A stretch of 63,972 nucleotides of DNA, counting the filler, from Kipferlia bialata (Eukaryota): NCBI GenBank assembly GCA_003568945.1. It is 5 parts of 5 records of this genome, joined end to end, with 100 filler letters (N's around TTAATTAATTAA, not from the genome) between each part and the next. Parts side by side here need not be neighbours in the genome. Positions count along the whole stretch, not along the records: positions 14,972 to 29,840 come from BDIP01000763.1; positions 29,941 to 44,785 come from BDIP01000764.1; 3 more parts are not named here. One strand, 5' to 3'. Positions 26,615-38,036 of the stretch are shown piece by piece; the stretch's first letter is position 1; each line of letters begins with the position of its first letter. Below the pieces are notes generated by a model. The model was not told the DNA's origin. It did not search any database and saw nothing but the letters and a program-made list of their open reading frames with translations. Made by a program: the position numbers and the translations under genes.

Positions 26615-29600
26615 TTACTCATCCTTACAGACCTCCTGCATTATGCCCTGGGCCCTCTCCTCTGCCAGCAGTGCGTCCCAGGCAGCGTGTCCCTCCCTAG
26701 CATCACACATATATATATATATACAAGTATATACATCATTCTATATTGATACCTTGCCCACCACGCATCGTACTCCTCCATCTGGTCATCATCCATCATG
26801 CACCTTGGGTTGTTGTACACGTGCAGGTAGGACCTCGGGTCAGCCGGACATATATATTAATGAATTTACATATAACCACAACAGAGTCAAGAGTATGAGC
26901 ACTAACACTGTGTTCTCCCAATGAGAGAGAGAGAAAGAGAGAGAGAGAGATACTCACTCCAGGAAGGGGTGGCCTGGTACCATCTTCCTCAGCCATGCGT
27001 GGAGCTGTCTGTGGTAGTGTCTGAACTCACGGTGGTTGTAGGCCATGGCCAGAGTCTGACATAAGAGCACTAAGGGGGGAGGAGTGAAATACTCAAAATG
27101 ATGCGGTCCAATAGAGAAAGATGGTTATAGGCCATGGCTAGGATCTGATATTCGAGTGTTAGAGGGTAATATGAACATGATAGATGCTAGGGAGGGAGAG
27201 CGTGACAGACAAAGCCCTTGGGTCTAATTGGATCCACCCTATTCAGAGTGAGACGAGAGATACACCCCATACCATTGTGAGCTCCATGAGGCGGTGCTCC
27301 ACTGGTCTGTGCTCCGTAGCATAGTGTGTCTCAGTCAGAGCAAGGTGCTGAGTATAAGGAAACCGCAGATGCGGGGTGGGCTTATCTCATACTATGCAGA
27401 GACTATGAGAGAACACTGTCTGGTAGGAAGTTGGGAAGAGACCCACCTTCTTCATGATTTCAGCTATCTCTGCGTACTTCTTCTCCTTGACAAGAGCCTG
27501 GCATGATGCAGTCATGTCCTGGGGTAAGGAGAGAATGAGACCATGGGACCTGGGATACATCCAAATCATCTACTGTCTGTTAACACTGTGAATTGAATGA
27601 CAGATGAAGGATCAAAGGATACAACTCATATGTGGCATCGATATGGGAACCACAATGCTCGTATCATTACTGAGTGTCTGTCTGAGCAGACACAAAGGCG
27701 AGATAACATTGACAGCACTGTCAATAACACAAATCTACGGTAGCTTTGAAGATGTAAGTAGATTCTACCTTGTTGAGCTGTGCAATGTGGTCCCTGGCCG
27801 CCCTCTCCTGAGGTATAAGATGAAGCAGAGGTGTAATTGTAGAGGAGAGATATGATGCAAGGGATATTGGAAGACAGAGAGAGAGTGATACCGGAATAGA
27901 TACCTCTGGGGATGCTGTGCAGTGTCTACACTTGCACTCAAAGTGGTACCTGTCAATACGGGCCTGGGTGAGATGCTCTCCACAACTGTATTGGATGATG
28001 AGAGAGATACAGTAATCGAGTGAGTGAGTGTATGTTTGTATCCCCACCTTTCTGTCGGCATAGGTGTCAGAGATGGGCAGGTAGGACACGAAGAGCTGCT
28101 CTCCTGCATCAATGTCCCTGGAGGCATGGAACACCTGTCGCGTAAGAATCGGTGTCGACGACTAGCCAGAGGTCGAAGAGAAGTAGAGGTTGTGTGGAGT
28201 ATGGAACCATGTTCAATAGCATTCACGAAATGATGGGGGGGGGGGGTTAGAAGGGATCATATAGAGGTAGACCAGAGCGGCAAAGAGACATGAAACAGAG
28301 AATGATCCCAGCCAGTGAGAGAGAGGCCCTCTCTCTGAGAGGCAGATACATCTGCCTCTATGTTTCATACATAGCATTACCTCCCCTGTGAAATTTGTGT
28401 GTACATGTATTCCCGTCCATGAGTGTCTACATAGGCATATATGTGTATACATACCATGACACCCTTATCCGTGTCCCAGTATCGAGTGAGATATACATAT
28501 ATGAATATGAATATATATGAATACAAAAACATGTATGAATATGCATACCATGACATTCTTAGTAGAGTCCCAGTACCGAGTCACATTGGGGTCACAGCTG
28601 GTAGTGAGCGGAAAAACCTGAAGATGGAGAGAGACTGAGAGAAGAGTGCCCATGTAGTACATATACATATACGTGTTGATATGAGTGTGCCTGTGGTTGA
28701 ATCGTGACCCAGTGAGAAGGATGGCCGAGTGATAGGGAGGGGGGATGGCTGCGGCCTCCTCACAGGCAAAGCTCTATAGTGAGACATAACTAACCCAGAG
28801 AATACTGAATGGTTCGTGAAATGTGGCCATGATTCCCTGTCATCGCTATATTGACATACAGTACATTTGCTTATTATTCATTATTGTGCACTTAATTGTG
28901 TCGGGTGTGTGTATGTAGTATATCCATGTATCCATATACACACATATATGGCACAAAATATATATTACGTTGTGACCATGCTGCCCTGTACTGTATTGTA
29001 TACATATACACATAGTATGTAGTATAGTATGTGTAGGTATAGTGTATAGTATACAATTACTACATATATAGTATATACCGTTGTGGCCATGATGCCCTGC
29101 ACTGTCTTGGGTCCCCCTGGCACCTGTTCTCTATCCCTCAGGGACCAGAACTCATCCCTGGAGGTGTGAGATTATATAGTGTACATGTATGGCATGTATA
29201 CAGTAGTATATACATATGCACTCTATGTATATCCCTCAGGGACCAGAACTCATCCCTGGATATGTGAGATATGGTATATAGTATATATACATACTATATA
29301 TACATATATGGTACATTAATAGTATATATTGAGTGCATATTGTATTTGCCATTTGTACAAGGTATATATGTGTATATATTGTATATATATATCTCTGGTA
29401 CCAGAACTCATCTCAAGGTATCAGATGAAAGCATTGAGAAAAGAATAGGATTGGGGGTTGGGGGGGGGGGATATAGAGGGACCAGCTGATCCAGTAAATA
29501 GTGCAGCATATACATATTACATGTATACATAATATACATTGCATATATATATCTGAATAGAGTGTCATCGAGTAGTGTGTGTGATAATATGGAGAGGTGG

Positions 29601-29710
29601 AAACACTACAAGTGACGTACTGCATCTCCTTCGGTAGCTTCTTGAGGTTGATCCCCAGTCCTGGAACAGTAACAGGGGCGCCACGGGGTATGAATAGGAT
29701 GGGGTGCTCC
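26615..29710 (-). CDS. SET-domain lysine methyltransferase (SMYD/SET5-like), 5' exon missing at contig end
   Basis: Spliced EHPILF..GIMATT|SF..SAILLTGSRFNHS|CDPNV..FHASRDIDAGEQLFVSYL..YHFECKCRHC (post-SET CxCxxC), then a helical tail ending EVCKDE*. Confidence 0.85.
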
Positions 29711-29840
29711 CTAGAGTGTAAGAGGAAGAGGAAGAGGTGGGGAGAGAGAGAGGGGGGGTGGGAGATCAAACACAGGGGGGGGGTTAGGAGGGGAGGGGAT
29801 ATTATAACAAAGCATGTATGTATGGAATGGAGGCTCTCCT

Positions 29841-29940
29841 NNNNNNNNNNNNNNNNNNNNNNNNNNNNNNNNNNNNNNNNNNNNTTAATTAATTAANNNN
29901 NNNNNNNNNNNNNNNNNNNNNNNNNNNNNNNNNNNNNNNN
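29841..29940. other. Artificial contig-joining spacer
   Basis: N44-TTAATTAATTAA-N44. Confidence 0.97.
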
Positions 29941-29998
29941 ACTTGTTGTCCTCGATATATACTGTTTTGTGTTCCGTCTGCCCCCCCCCCTCACCCAG

Positions 29999-30512
29999 GT
30001 CTGTGCACAACAGCCATGACCCCGACATGGCCTGGCCTGCCGAGGACGCTGAGTGCAGGGTGGGGCTGGTGGTGGATGCCAAGGGGGGCAGAATGCACCT
30101 GTGCATCAGAGGCCGGTACGATACACATATATGCGTGTACACACTGGACATCATATGATATGTATATACACGAAGATGATATAGTACCACTAGAGGGCAT
30201 GTGATGTCACCATACCTGTGCTGGCTCTGACCCCAGGGTAGTGGGGGAGATCCCCATCACTGCGGGGCAGAGGTACATGTGCGTGTTCTCCTGCAGGAGA
30301 CTGGTACCCGGCAAGGGGTCCAACCTCAAGCGTGTACTTAGGACCCCCAGGCAGTCGCCCAGCGTGGTATGCAGGTATGGGACTTCTCTTTCTCTGTGTA
30401 CCCCTGTCTGTTAGGTCCGTATACATGTTGCCTAGACCCCCTTACCCCTAGGTCTCTTCCCAAGGCCGACCTCACCGATGGAGATGGGCCCTACCCATAC
30501 ACCCTCAAGTAG
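29999..30512 (+). CDS. 3' end of a gene with a possible SPRY-like C-terminal domain
   Basis: RVGLVVDAKGGRMHLCIRGR|VVGEIPITAGQRYMCVFS resembles the SPRY pattern 'VG..LD...G.L.F..NG'. Ends YPYTLK*. Confidence 0.35.
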
Positions 30513-30821
30513 GGAGGGGGACCGGGCCATTGTCTGTATGGGACTGGCCCTGCTATACAGTATGAGAGCCAGTATCGGCTCGGAAGCTGTCTGACACAGA
30601 TTGTGTTGATGGGACTGCAGAGGCTCAGAGTTGATCCAGTCTCTATGATAGAGTGGACTCTCCACTTATATACGTGTACTAAATACCATTATGCGCCTTG
30701 ATGTACTCTTAATTGCCAATCAATTTACTCAGTTACTCAGTTACCATGCTTCATCACTACAAACATACCAAATGCCTCCCACTATATCCCACTATGCTGC
30801 GCCCACAAGCACCAGGCACAC

Positions 30822-32478
30822 TCAACGCCTGGAGTCGCCTGGAGACACACAGTCCTGCAGGGTCTTCAATAGGTAGCGCAGCTCCTCGGCTGAGAGGGCA
30901 CGGCCTGAGAGCATCTCAAGACCCCCTGATGTCAGAACGGGGAGCTGTGGCAGATATATATATATGTATACATATATGAATATATGTTCAGTAGGGGACA
31001 GGGGATGACACATACAAAGACTGGATACCTGGGCCTCTCTCGACCTGCCTCAGATACTGGACCAGGCCACGGGTAGAGGGGAGCACGTCCTCGAACCTAC
31101 GGATGAGACACCGAATGTATGCACACGTAGACAAGCAGACCAACAAAGACACACCACAACCCCTTTCCCAACTGAAGACATGGAAGTATCAGTTTCAGTA
31201 CACTATGTGTGATACCTCTCTCTCTAAATATGTATACTGATACTGATCTACCTGAACACACTGGGCCAGGTGGCCATGGTCTCCCACACAAGTACAAGGG
31301 CCTTCTGCTGGGCATCACCTTCGCCTAGGGGTGAGGCAGGGAATATATACATGCATATATACATGCTAGTCACAGATCCAAGAGAGCAGGCCAGAAGGCA
31401 TCCCGTCGTACCCTCTGTGACCAGGGCCACTGCCACGGGCACCACCACGGCCAGAGAGGACTCGGACAGCTGGTTGTACTGGTCGGTGTCAATGTTCCTG
31501 GGGTGAGGGATGCGCAACCAACACATATAGACACACACTGGACTGTACCTAACCAGGTTGTAGAGGGTCTCTGTGATGGTACCGTCCAGTAGAGCAGGAC
31601 CCTCAGCCACAATGGTGTCATGGAAGGACCTCTCGACCCCCCTCTCCCTTCCCTCCAGTCTCTCCCTGTCCCTGGGGGGCTCTGGGGGGTTGGGCACCTC
31701 AGACCGATGGGACCGCCGAGGCGTCTCCTGGACCCCAGCCACCCTCTCCCTCTCCCTCTCCCTCTCCCTCTCCCTCTCCCTTCCATGGGCGGCCTCTCTC
31801 TCCCTCCTGCCATGCTTCCCAGGGCCTGGGCTGGCTACTGGCCTGGAGTCCACAGCCCTGTCCCGCTCTCTCTCTCTCTCTCTCTCCCGCACAGAGTCAC
31901 GAGGCAGATGAGCACGGTGGGTCTCCCTGTCTCTCTCTCTGCCTCTGTCCGCCTCTCGTGTCAGCTCGGAGGCTGCTGGTGCAGTACCGCCCCCACCACT
32001 TCCACTACGGAGGGACGAGATGACAGGGACTGTGGTGGGACAGAGAGAGATCCAGAGAGATCCAGAGAGATCTACTACTCTCTTCACGATCGATGTATGT
32101 ATATGATACCTAGGTCAGCAAGAGTGTTGGATAGGTCCCTCAGGTGGCTATGTACATCAGCTGACCACTGGTACTGCCTCTCCTGACAATCAGTTGACAG
32201 AGACGTTGTCAGAGGTGCAGGACATAAATGTAGACATATCTGCCTATGACCATACTCACCTGGAACCTCCTGATGGTCGCCACTTGCATGGTTAGGTTCT
32301 GGAGTGAGACACAATCCACTGGAGGTATGTAGTACAACTCAGCAGGTAGAACACAACTATTTGCATTGGTAAGAAGCCGAACTTCTGGGTGTGGGAGTAC
32401 ACAGTACCTCAACGGCCTCTGCCACAGACTGTAGTGTCGGCGCTGCCCGAGAGGGTCCAACGCCTGGGCTGTACTCAT
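30822..32478 (-). CDS. Hypothetical protein with RE-rich low-complexity exon, transcribed divergently from NTF2; 3' end approximate
   Basis: ATG at 32478, several GT-AG-bounded exons, and a 279-aa open stretch at 31248-32087. Confidence 0.45.
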
Positions 32479-32672
32479 TCCCCAGACGCGACATAGAAAC
32501 AGCTACTTAGAAGAGGATGATCATTGCCACGGTCGCCTCGCTCACTTGGATTGAATAGCCACCCGCTCAAGAGAGAGAGTCAACTAATACCAAAGGGTGC
32601 AGCTGAATCGAAACAAAAACAATCCCATCTTCAATGGGGACCTCATGCGTCCTTTTCGGACAATATTGAAGA

Positions 32673-33577
32673 ATGGCAGACAACCAGTTCGACCAGGTCG
32701 CCCAGGGCTTCGTGCAGTACTACTACGCCTGCTTTGACGATGTTCAGAAGAGGGGAGAGCTCCGCAATGTCTACGTACGTTCAGTTTGGAGTGGTTTGCT
32801 CGCTTCTCCTCTTTCCCTTCTCCCTCTCCCCAAGACACTGACCCCAGACCGAGATGTCGCTCTTGACCTTCCAGGGTCGCCGTTACCAGGGTGTCACTAA
32901 CATCATGGAGAAGCTTGGAGCCCTTGGATTCCAGACTGTTGCTCACAGGTATGATTGCTTCCTGTTCTGAAGTGTCTTTTTGTGATCCAGACACTGATGT
33001 ATCTTCTTACTTACTACTACCGCAAGTGTTACTGTTCTTGGATCATGTCCCTGACTGTTTGGCACTTGGCATGAGTTGACAGTATCTAATCATTGTATTC
33101 ATTTATGTGGTCCCCTTACCGTCAGAGTGAACAGCATCGAGGCCCAGCCCACTTTCAACAACTCCGTCCTGGTTCAGGTGTGTCAGATATTCTTTGAGTC
33201 ACTTTCCACTATCACTGATAGTCTATCAGAGACTCATCTATCTGATCCTCACTCAATTGTGTCTGTCTGTTGGATCTCCTTCTCGGATACCACTGATTCC
33301 CAGGTTGCTGGAGAGATGGTGACTGACGGTGAGACCGACAAGCCCGTCCAGTTCTGTGAGACATTCACTCTGACAAAGGTGCATCCATATCATCATACCA
33401 CTATTTGTCTCTATACGTCACAGTGAGTTTGTGGGTGACTATGGATGTGTGCCATTTTGGCTTCTCCCTCTCCCTTTACAGTATCTGTTACCTCTCCTCT
33501 ATTCTCTTTACCCTCAGGTCGCTGGCCAGGAGTCCTACTTCGTGCTCAACGACATCTTCAGGATCCTTGGGTTCTAA
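32673..33577 (+). CDS. NTF2: Nuclear transport factor 2; exons 32673-32774, 32848-32948, 33126-33177, 33304-33378, 33518-33577
   Basis: MADNQFDQVAQGFVQYYYACFD..LRNVY|TEMSLLTFQG..IMEKL..EAQPT..VLVQ|VAGEM..QFCETFTL..YFVLNDIFR, which matches the NTF2 pattern. Confidence 0.93.
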
Positions 33578-34016
33578 GAGTTTCGGGATTTCTCCAGTCT
33601 ATATGTAAGCTGGTCCAGCATTGCTGGCAGTGATCTAGGATCACCGGATGTGAGGACTTTATGACTGCGGTCAGCGTGGTTAGAGGTTCTGAGTGTTAGG
33701 CTACTCGAGAGCGTTGTTGGCGACATGGAGTCACAATGCAGATTATTAAATTGTATAGCAAGTCCCTGGGACTGTTTGCCTGTTCATATCATGTGTATGT
33801 GTTAGCCTTCATCATGGCGATATCATGTAAATGAGTTAACGTGAACCCCGCACTGTGATGCACTCTTATTGGACGCCGTTCTCCAAACGTCTCCAAAACC
33901 AATATCGGCACAAAGGGTCACGGGCGCCACTTCAGCTGCTTTCCTCAGCGCGCACTGTTGGGTATTGCGTATACCATTATAGAACAGCTCTAATAAGTAC
34001 TGGGTCTCAGTATCCC

Positions 34017-37000
34017 ATGGAGGAGAGCCATGAAGTGGTGAGCCTGCGCGCTGTGCTACGGGAGCAAGGTGCGGTCTGTGGAAGTACAGTTGTTTCGCCG
34101 AGTTACTATACTTGCTCTTCTGCAACGTAAGTGGTTACCAATTGTCATTATAGTGAACGGGACAGTAAGTATCTCTCTTGTGGATGTTACTAGACCTCCT
34201 CATAGTGCTGATTGCAGGGTTCCATGAGCCTGTTACCTTCGCCAGTGTCCCCCTCGTCACCCAGTACGTGGCCACCCCACCAGTAGTATCCATTTGTATA
34301 ACAGTCTGAGATCTCTATACTTGTTTCTGTTTCTTACTCCCAGTCTTCTCGACGAGCTGCTGGTCAGTCGGGCAGAGACCCATGACCTGGCCCAGCGGGT
34401 AGAGTCCCTCACTCTAGGTCTGGCCACCCAGAGCCACTATGTCGAGCCCCTGAAGCTGGACAACAGCAGGTATGGGGCAACGTATAATTGGCTAGTGTCA
34501 CTCGCTGTTGTGATATGTAGTCCCTGGTGTCTCTCTTCCTTCTCCTCTGTCTTCCTTCTCTTCTCTCTTCGAGTCTTATGCTTACCCTCAGGCTGATAGC
34601 TGAGAATGCGATGCTCCATGCCTCACTTCTAGAGACCCAGCTGACAGGTACCCGAGTGGTCAGATACTGCAGATGTCTGTAGCAATCATGCTCTATGATT
34701 GCTACCCTTCCATATACAGGTACTTACATCAGACGACATTCGGTTGCCACCTGAGGGAGACTGTCGTCAGAGGGAGAGGGGGAGAAGAGAGAGGGCAGCG
34801 CTGCCTGACATGGAGATAGGAGAGTCAGGAGAGGGAGACGCAGACGGAGACGGAGACGCAGAGGCTGAGCCTACTTGTCAGAGGGAAGTGCTGCTCCAGA
34901 GGGAGTGTGAGAGACTGCGTGTGTGTCTGATAGACCTGGCCTCGGATAGGTTGCAGGCGGAGGTGAGGACATTGACATTCCACCATTAGGCCCTTCTCTT
35001 TCGCCACAGTCTGGCCGTCTTCACAATTGATATATGGCATGACCCTATAGCGATTCTCCACCCCCAGGCACTGGCCGCAGTGGACGGAGACCTCCTGGCA
35101 AGTGCCCAGCTGGCTGCGGCAAGACGCACCGCAGAGGAGAGAGAGAGACTCATGGTCACAGGTGAGGACAGGGTATACTGGTAGTGTGTCAGCATTGTCT
35201 GGGAACATGGTGCTTATAGATATTATTTATATATTGTTACATTGTTATCTCTGCGATGCTTGCTTTCTCTGTGCCTGACTGCCAGGCACCCAGAGCCACA
35301 CCATGGCCTTGCCCCTTGACTGTGTGCCTGATGTGTCTGTGTCTGTGGGTGGCACAGGTGCAAGTGGGTGTGCAGGGCAGGAAAAGGGGAGAGAGGTCCT
35401 GCCGCACCCCCCGCTGCCTGAGGATGAGGCACAGGGTACACGTGGAGGGATGGGAGGGATGGAGATAGACACCCTCGGCCAGGGAGGGGTTGAGGTGACA
35501 CGTGGAGTGGGGTATGAGTATGCCATGGACTCTGACGTGTATGGTATGTCTGGGGATGGCCCAGGGGATAGGGAGGGAGAGAGACCGACCAGCCAGGAGA
35601 GAGAGAGAGCCAGACAGGCTCTGAGCGACTGGGAGAGGACCCTGCAGATTCTGACTGATGGGGAGAGTGGCACAGAGCAGCCACAGGCTGGTGTAGGTGT
35701 AGATGGAGATGGAGATGTAGATGGAGATGGAGAGGACGATGCGCTCTGCTCCCCCTCCACCAAGATCCCTGTTCCCCAGCCCCACCCGTCCGTGTCCCTC
35801 TCGGCACCCCACTCTCCCTCCCCCTCTGACCTTGGCGCTCGTGTGGTGTCACCCTCTATGCCTATGTCTGCCTCTCGCACACCCGACGTGGCCTCACCCA
35901 GTGTGCCCGTGTCTGTGTCTGTGTCTGTCTCCCCTCCCCTCCCAGCCACGCACTCCCGGGTGGACACACACCCGGAGACTGAGACTGTCGGAAGTGGGAG
36001 AGAGGGTGGAGATGGTATAAGTAGGACGACCCCCCAGGTACCACCCCCTACGGTGCCTGTGTCCCCAGATGTGGGCCCCAGCTTGACTTGCATGCAGTCC
36101 CTGCAGTCACACATTCAGACACAGACACAGACACAGACCCAGGGGGTGTGTCTGACGGGTGTGGATGCCTCCCACATACGTGTTGTAGTGGAACAGGGCA
36201 CTGGCACTGGCACTGGGTCAGACGGAGAGGGAGCCGAGGGGATGCCCGGTCTCTCCACCCCCCCTGCTGACTGGGGGTATCAGTCTGTGCCCCTACCAGT
36301 GGCATCCGTGTCATATGTCACGGGTGTCCCTGGCCCTCAGGGGGAGAGAGAGGGTGCCTCGGACGTTACTGGCATGTCACATGACGGCACTGACATGTCA
36401 CACACATCTACATGGCAGCCACAGGCAGGAGAAGAGCAGGGAGGTCCAGGGGTTGTGACAGTCACGCGTCACACTCTGTACAGTCCAGCCTCTGAGTCCG
36501 TCGGTGGTGTGTCAGAGGTACACACCGGGACTGTCGGGGGATGTCAGGATGATACGGTGGACAGGGTCCCCTGTGAACGTGTAGAGACAGTTGAGACTGG
36601 GACCGAGCCCTTCGGGGAGTGGGTAGACCCTGCGGTGATAGTGCTCGAGGGCAGGCTCGATCAGATGCAGGTACACAGTTCTATATTCATGTTGCCATAG
36701 CGTTATGCAACCCTGTGTGAATACTCCCCCTCATCCCCCAGGTCTCCCTGGCCGAGTTGAGTGTGGAACTGAGGCAGGCACAGAGAGAGGCCCACAACGC
36801 TAGGGGCAGGGAGAGAGAGGCCAGGGAGAGCGCAGAGATGAGAGACGCCTCCATGTTAGAGAGGTGAGTCAGATGGGATGCTTCTGATCACATATATATC
36901 ATATATACATATGGGCACTTAGGCGCCGTCTGACCGCAGGTGCCGTCAGCAGTATGCCCAGATACTGGAGAAGGAGGAAGAGACAGAGAGTCTGAAGGTG

Positions 37001-37581
37001 GGTTGCCAGAGTTTGTCGACAGTACACTGTATGTCTCTATGGGCATTGGCCTTACAGGGAACTCTGTGTCTCTGATACTGAGACTGATACTGCCCCCCTC
37101 TCATGTCTCAGGTGGCCCTGGCCCTGTGCCGCAGTCAGGTTGCAGCGGAGTCAGCCAGTGCCGCCCAGAGAGACACACGGGTAGGGAGTCTGATGTGTCA
37201 TATTTCTATATAGTAAATGGGGTATGAATACAGGGGCGGGGGATGTGTCTGACCGACCTACTGATACTGACACTATAGGTGCAGGAGCTCCAGGATGTGA
37301 CAAGCAAGCAGAGCGAGGCACTCCGAGAGCTGGCAAACAGAGTCAAGACACTCAAGAGGTATGCCTTACATGGGTTGGAAGACTGGATTACATATGTATT
37401 ACTATTTCACATTTTAACTTCTCCACAACTTGCCTTGTTGCTCACTACTCATCCGTTCTCATTTGTCTCATTCTTTAGGAGAGAGAGAGAGCTTGTGCGT
37501 GTTGCTGCTGTGGGTGTCAGACTGGCCAGCATGGCAGACCCAGGTCTGTCCCCCCAGGCACCTACTACTGCTGCAGAGTAG
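34017..37581 (+). CDS. Coiled-coil protein with Cep135/Bld10-like N-terminus
   Basis: SLRAVLREQ|GFHEPVTFASVPLVTH|LLDELL..VEPLKLDNSR|LIAENAMLH aligns by eye with the Cep135 N-terminal pattern (LDQLGY..LPLVEKLFSDL..EPYKLENARL..ENNEL). A large low-complexity exon lies at about 35286-36670. Confidence 0.65.
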
Positions 37582-38036
37582 GTCTCTGACCCGCCCTGGT
37601 AGTGGACGCCCAGGTGTATCATATGGCGATAACTGGCCTAGAATTGTCTTTCTGTATTTCCGTCTATCTTTTCAGTTTCGTGTTTGTTTTGTATTGGCTG
37701 TACCAACTAAATGATGTGGTTTCAGTAACTCAGTTTGAGCACGGTGGGGAGTCAGATTGACATACTTAATGAACTCTATTATGGTCTGAAAACGTAATAA
37801 TACTGAATCATGCCTGAGAGGACAGACTATCTGCAGAGGTATCTGCCACTAGTACTACTAGGCCTAGTACACTGCTAGTACACGATTGGTCCCTCACACC
37901 GTGAAGGGTATCGTCTCAACCCTGTGTCACCTGACCGATGTCAATACAGTCAATACGGTGACAGTGACAATGGTGACAGTGGCGGTGATGGCTCCCATGC
38001 CTCATGCCTCATGCCCAATGCTTTATGCCCAATGCC

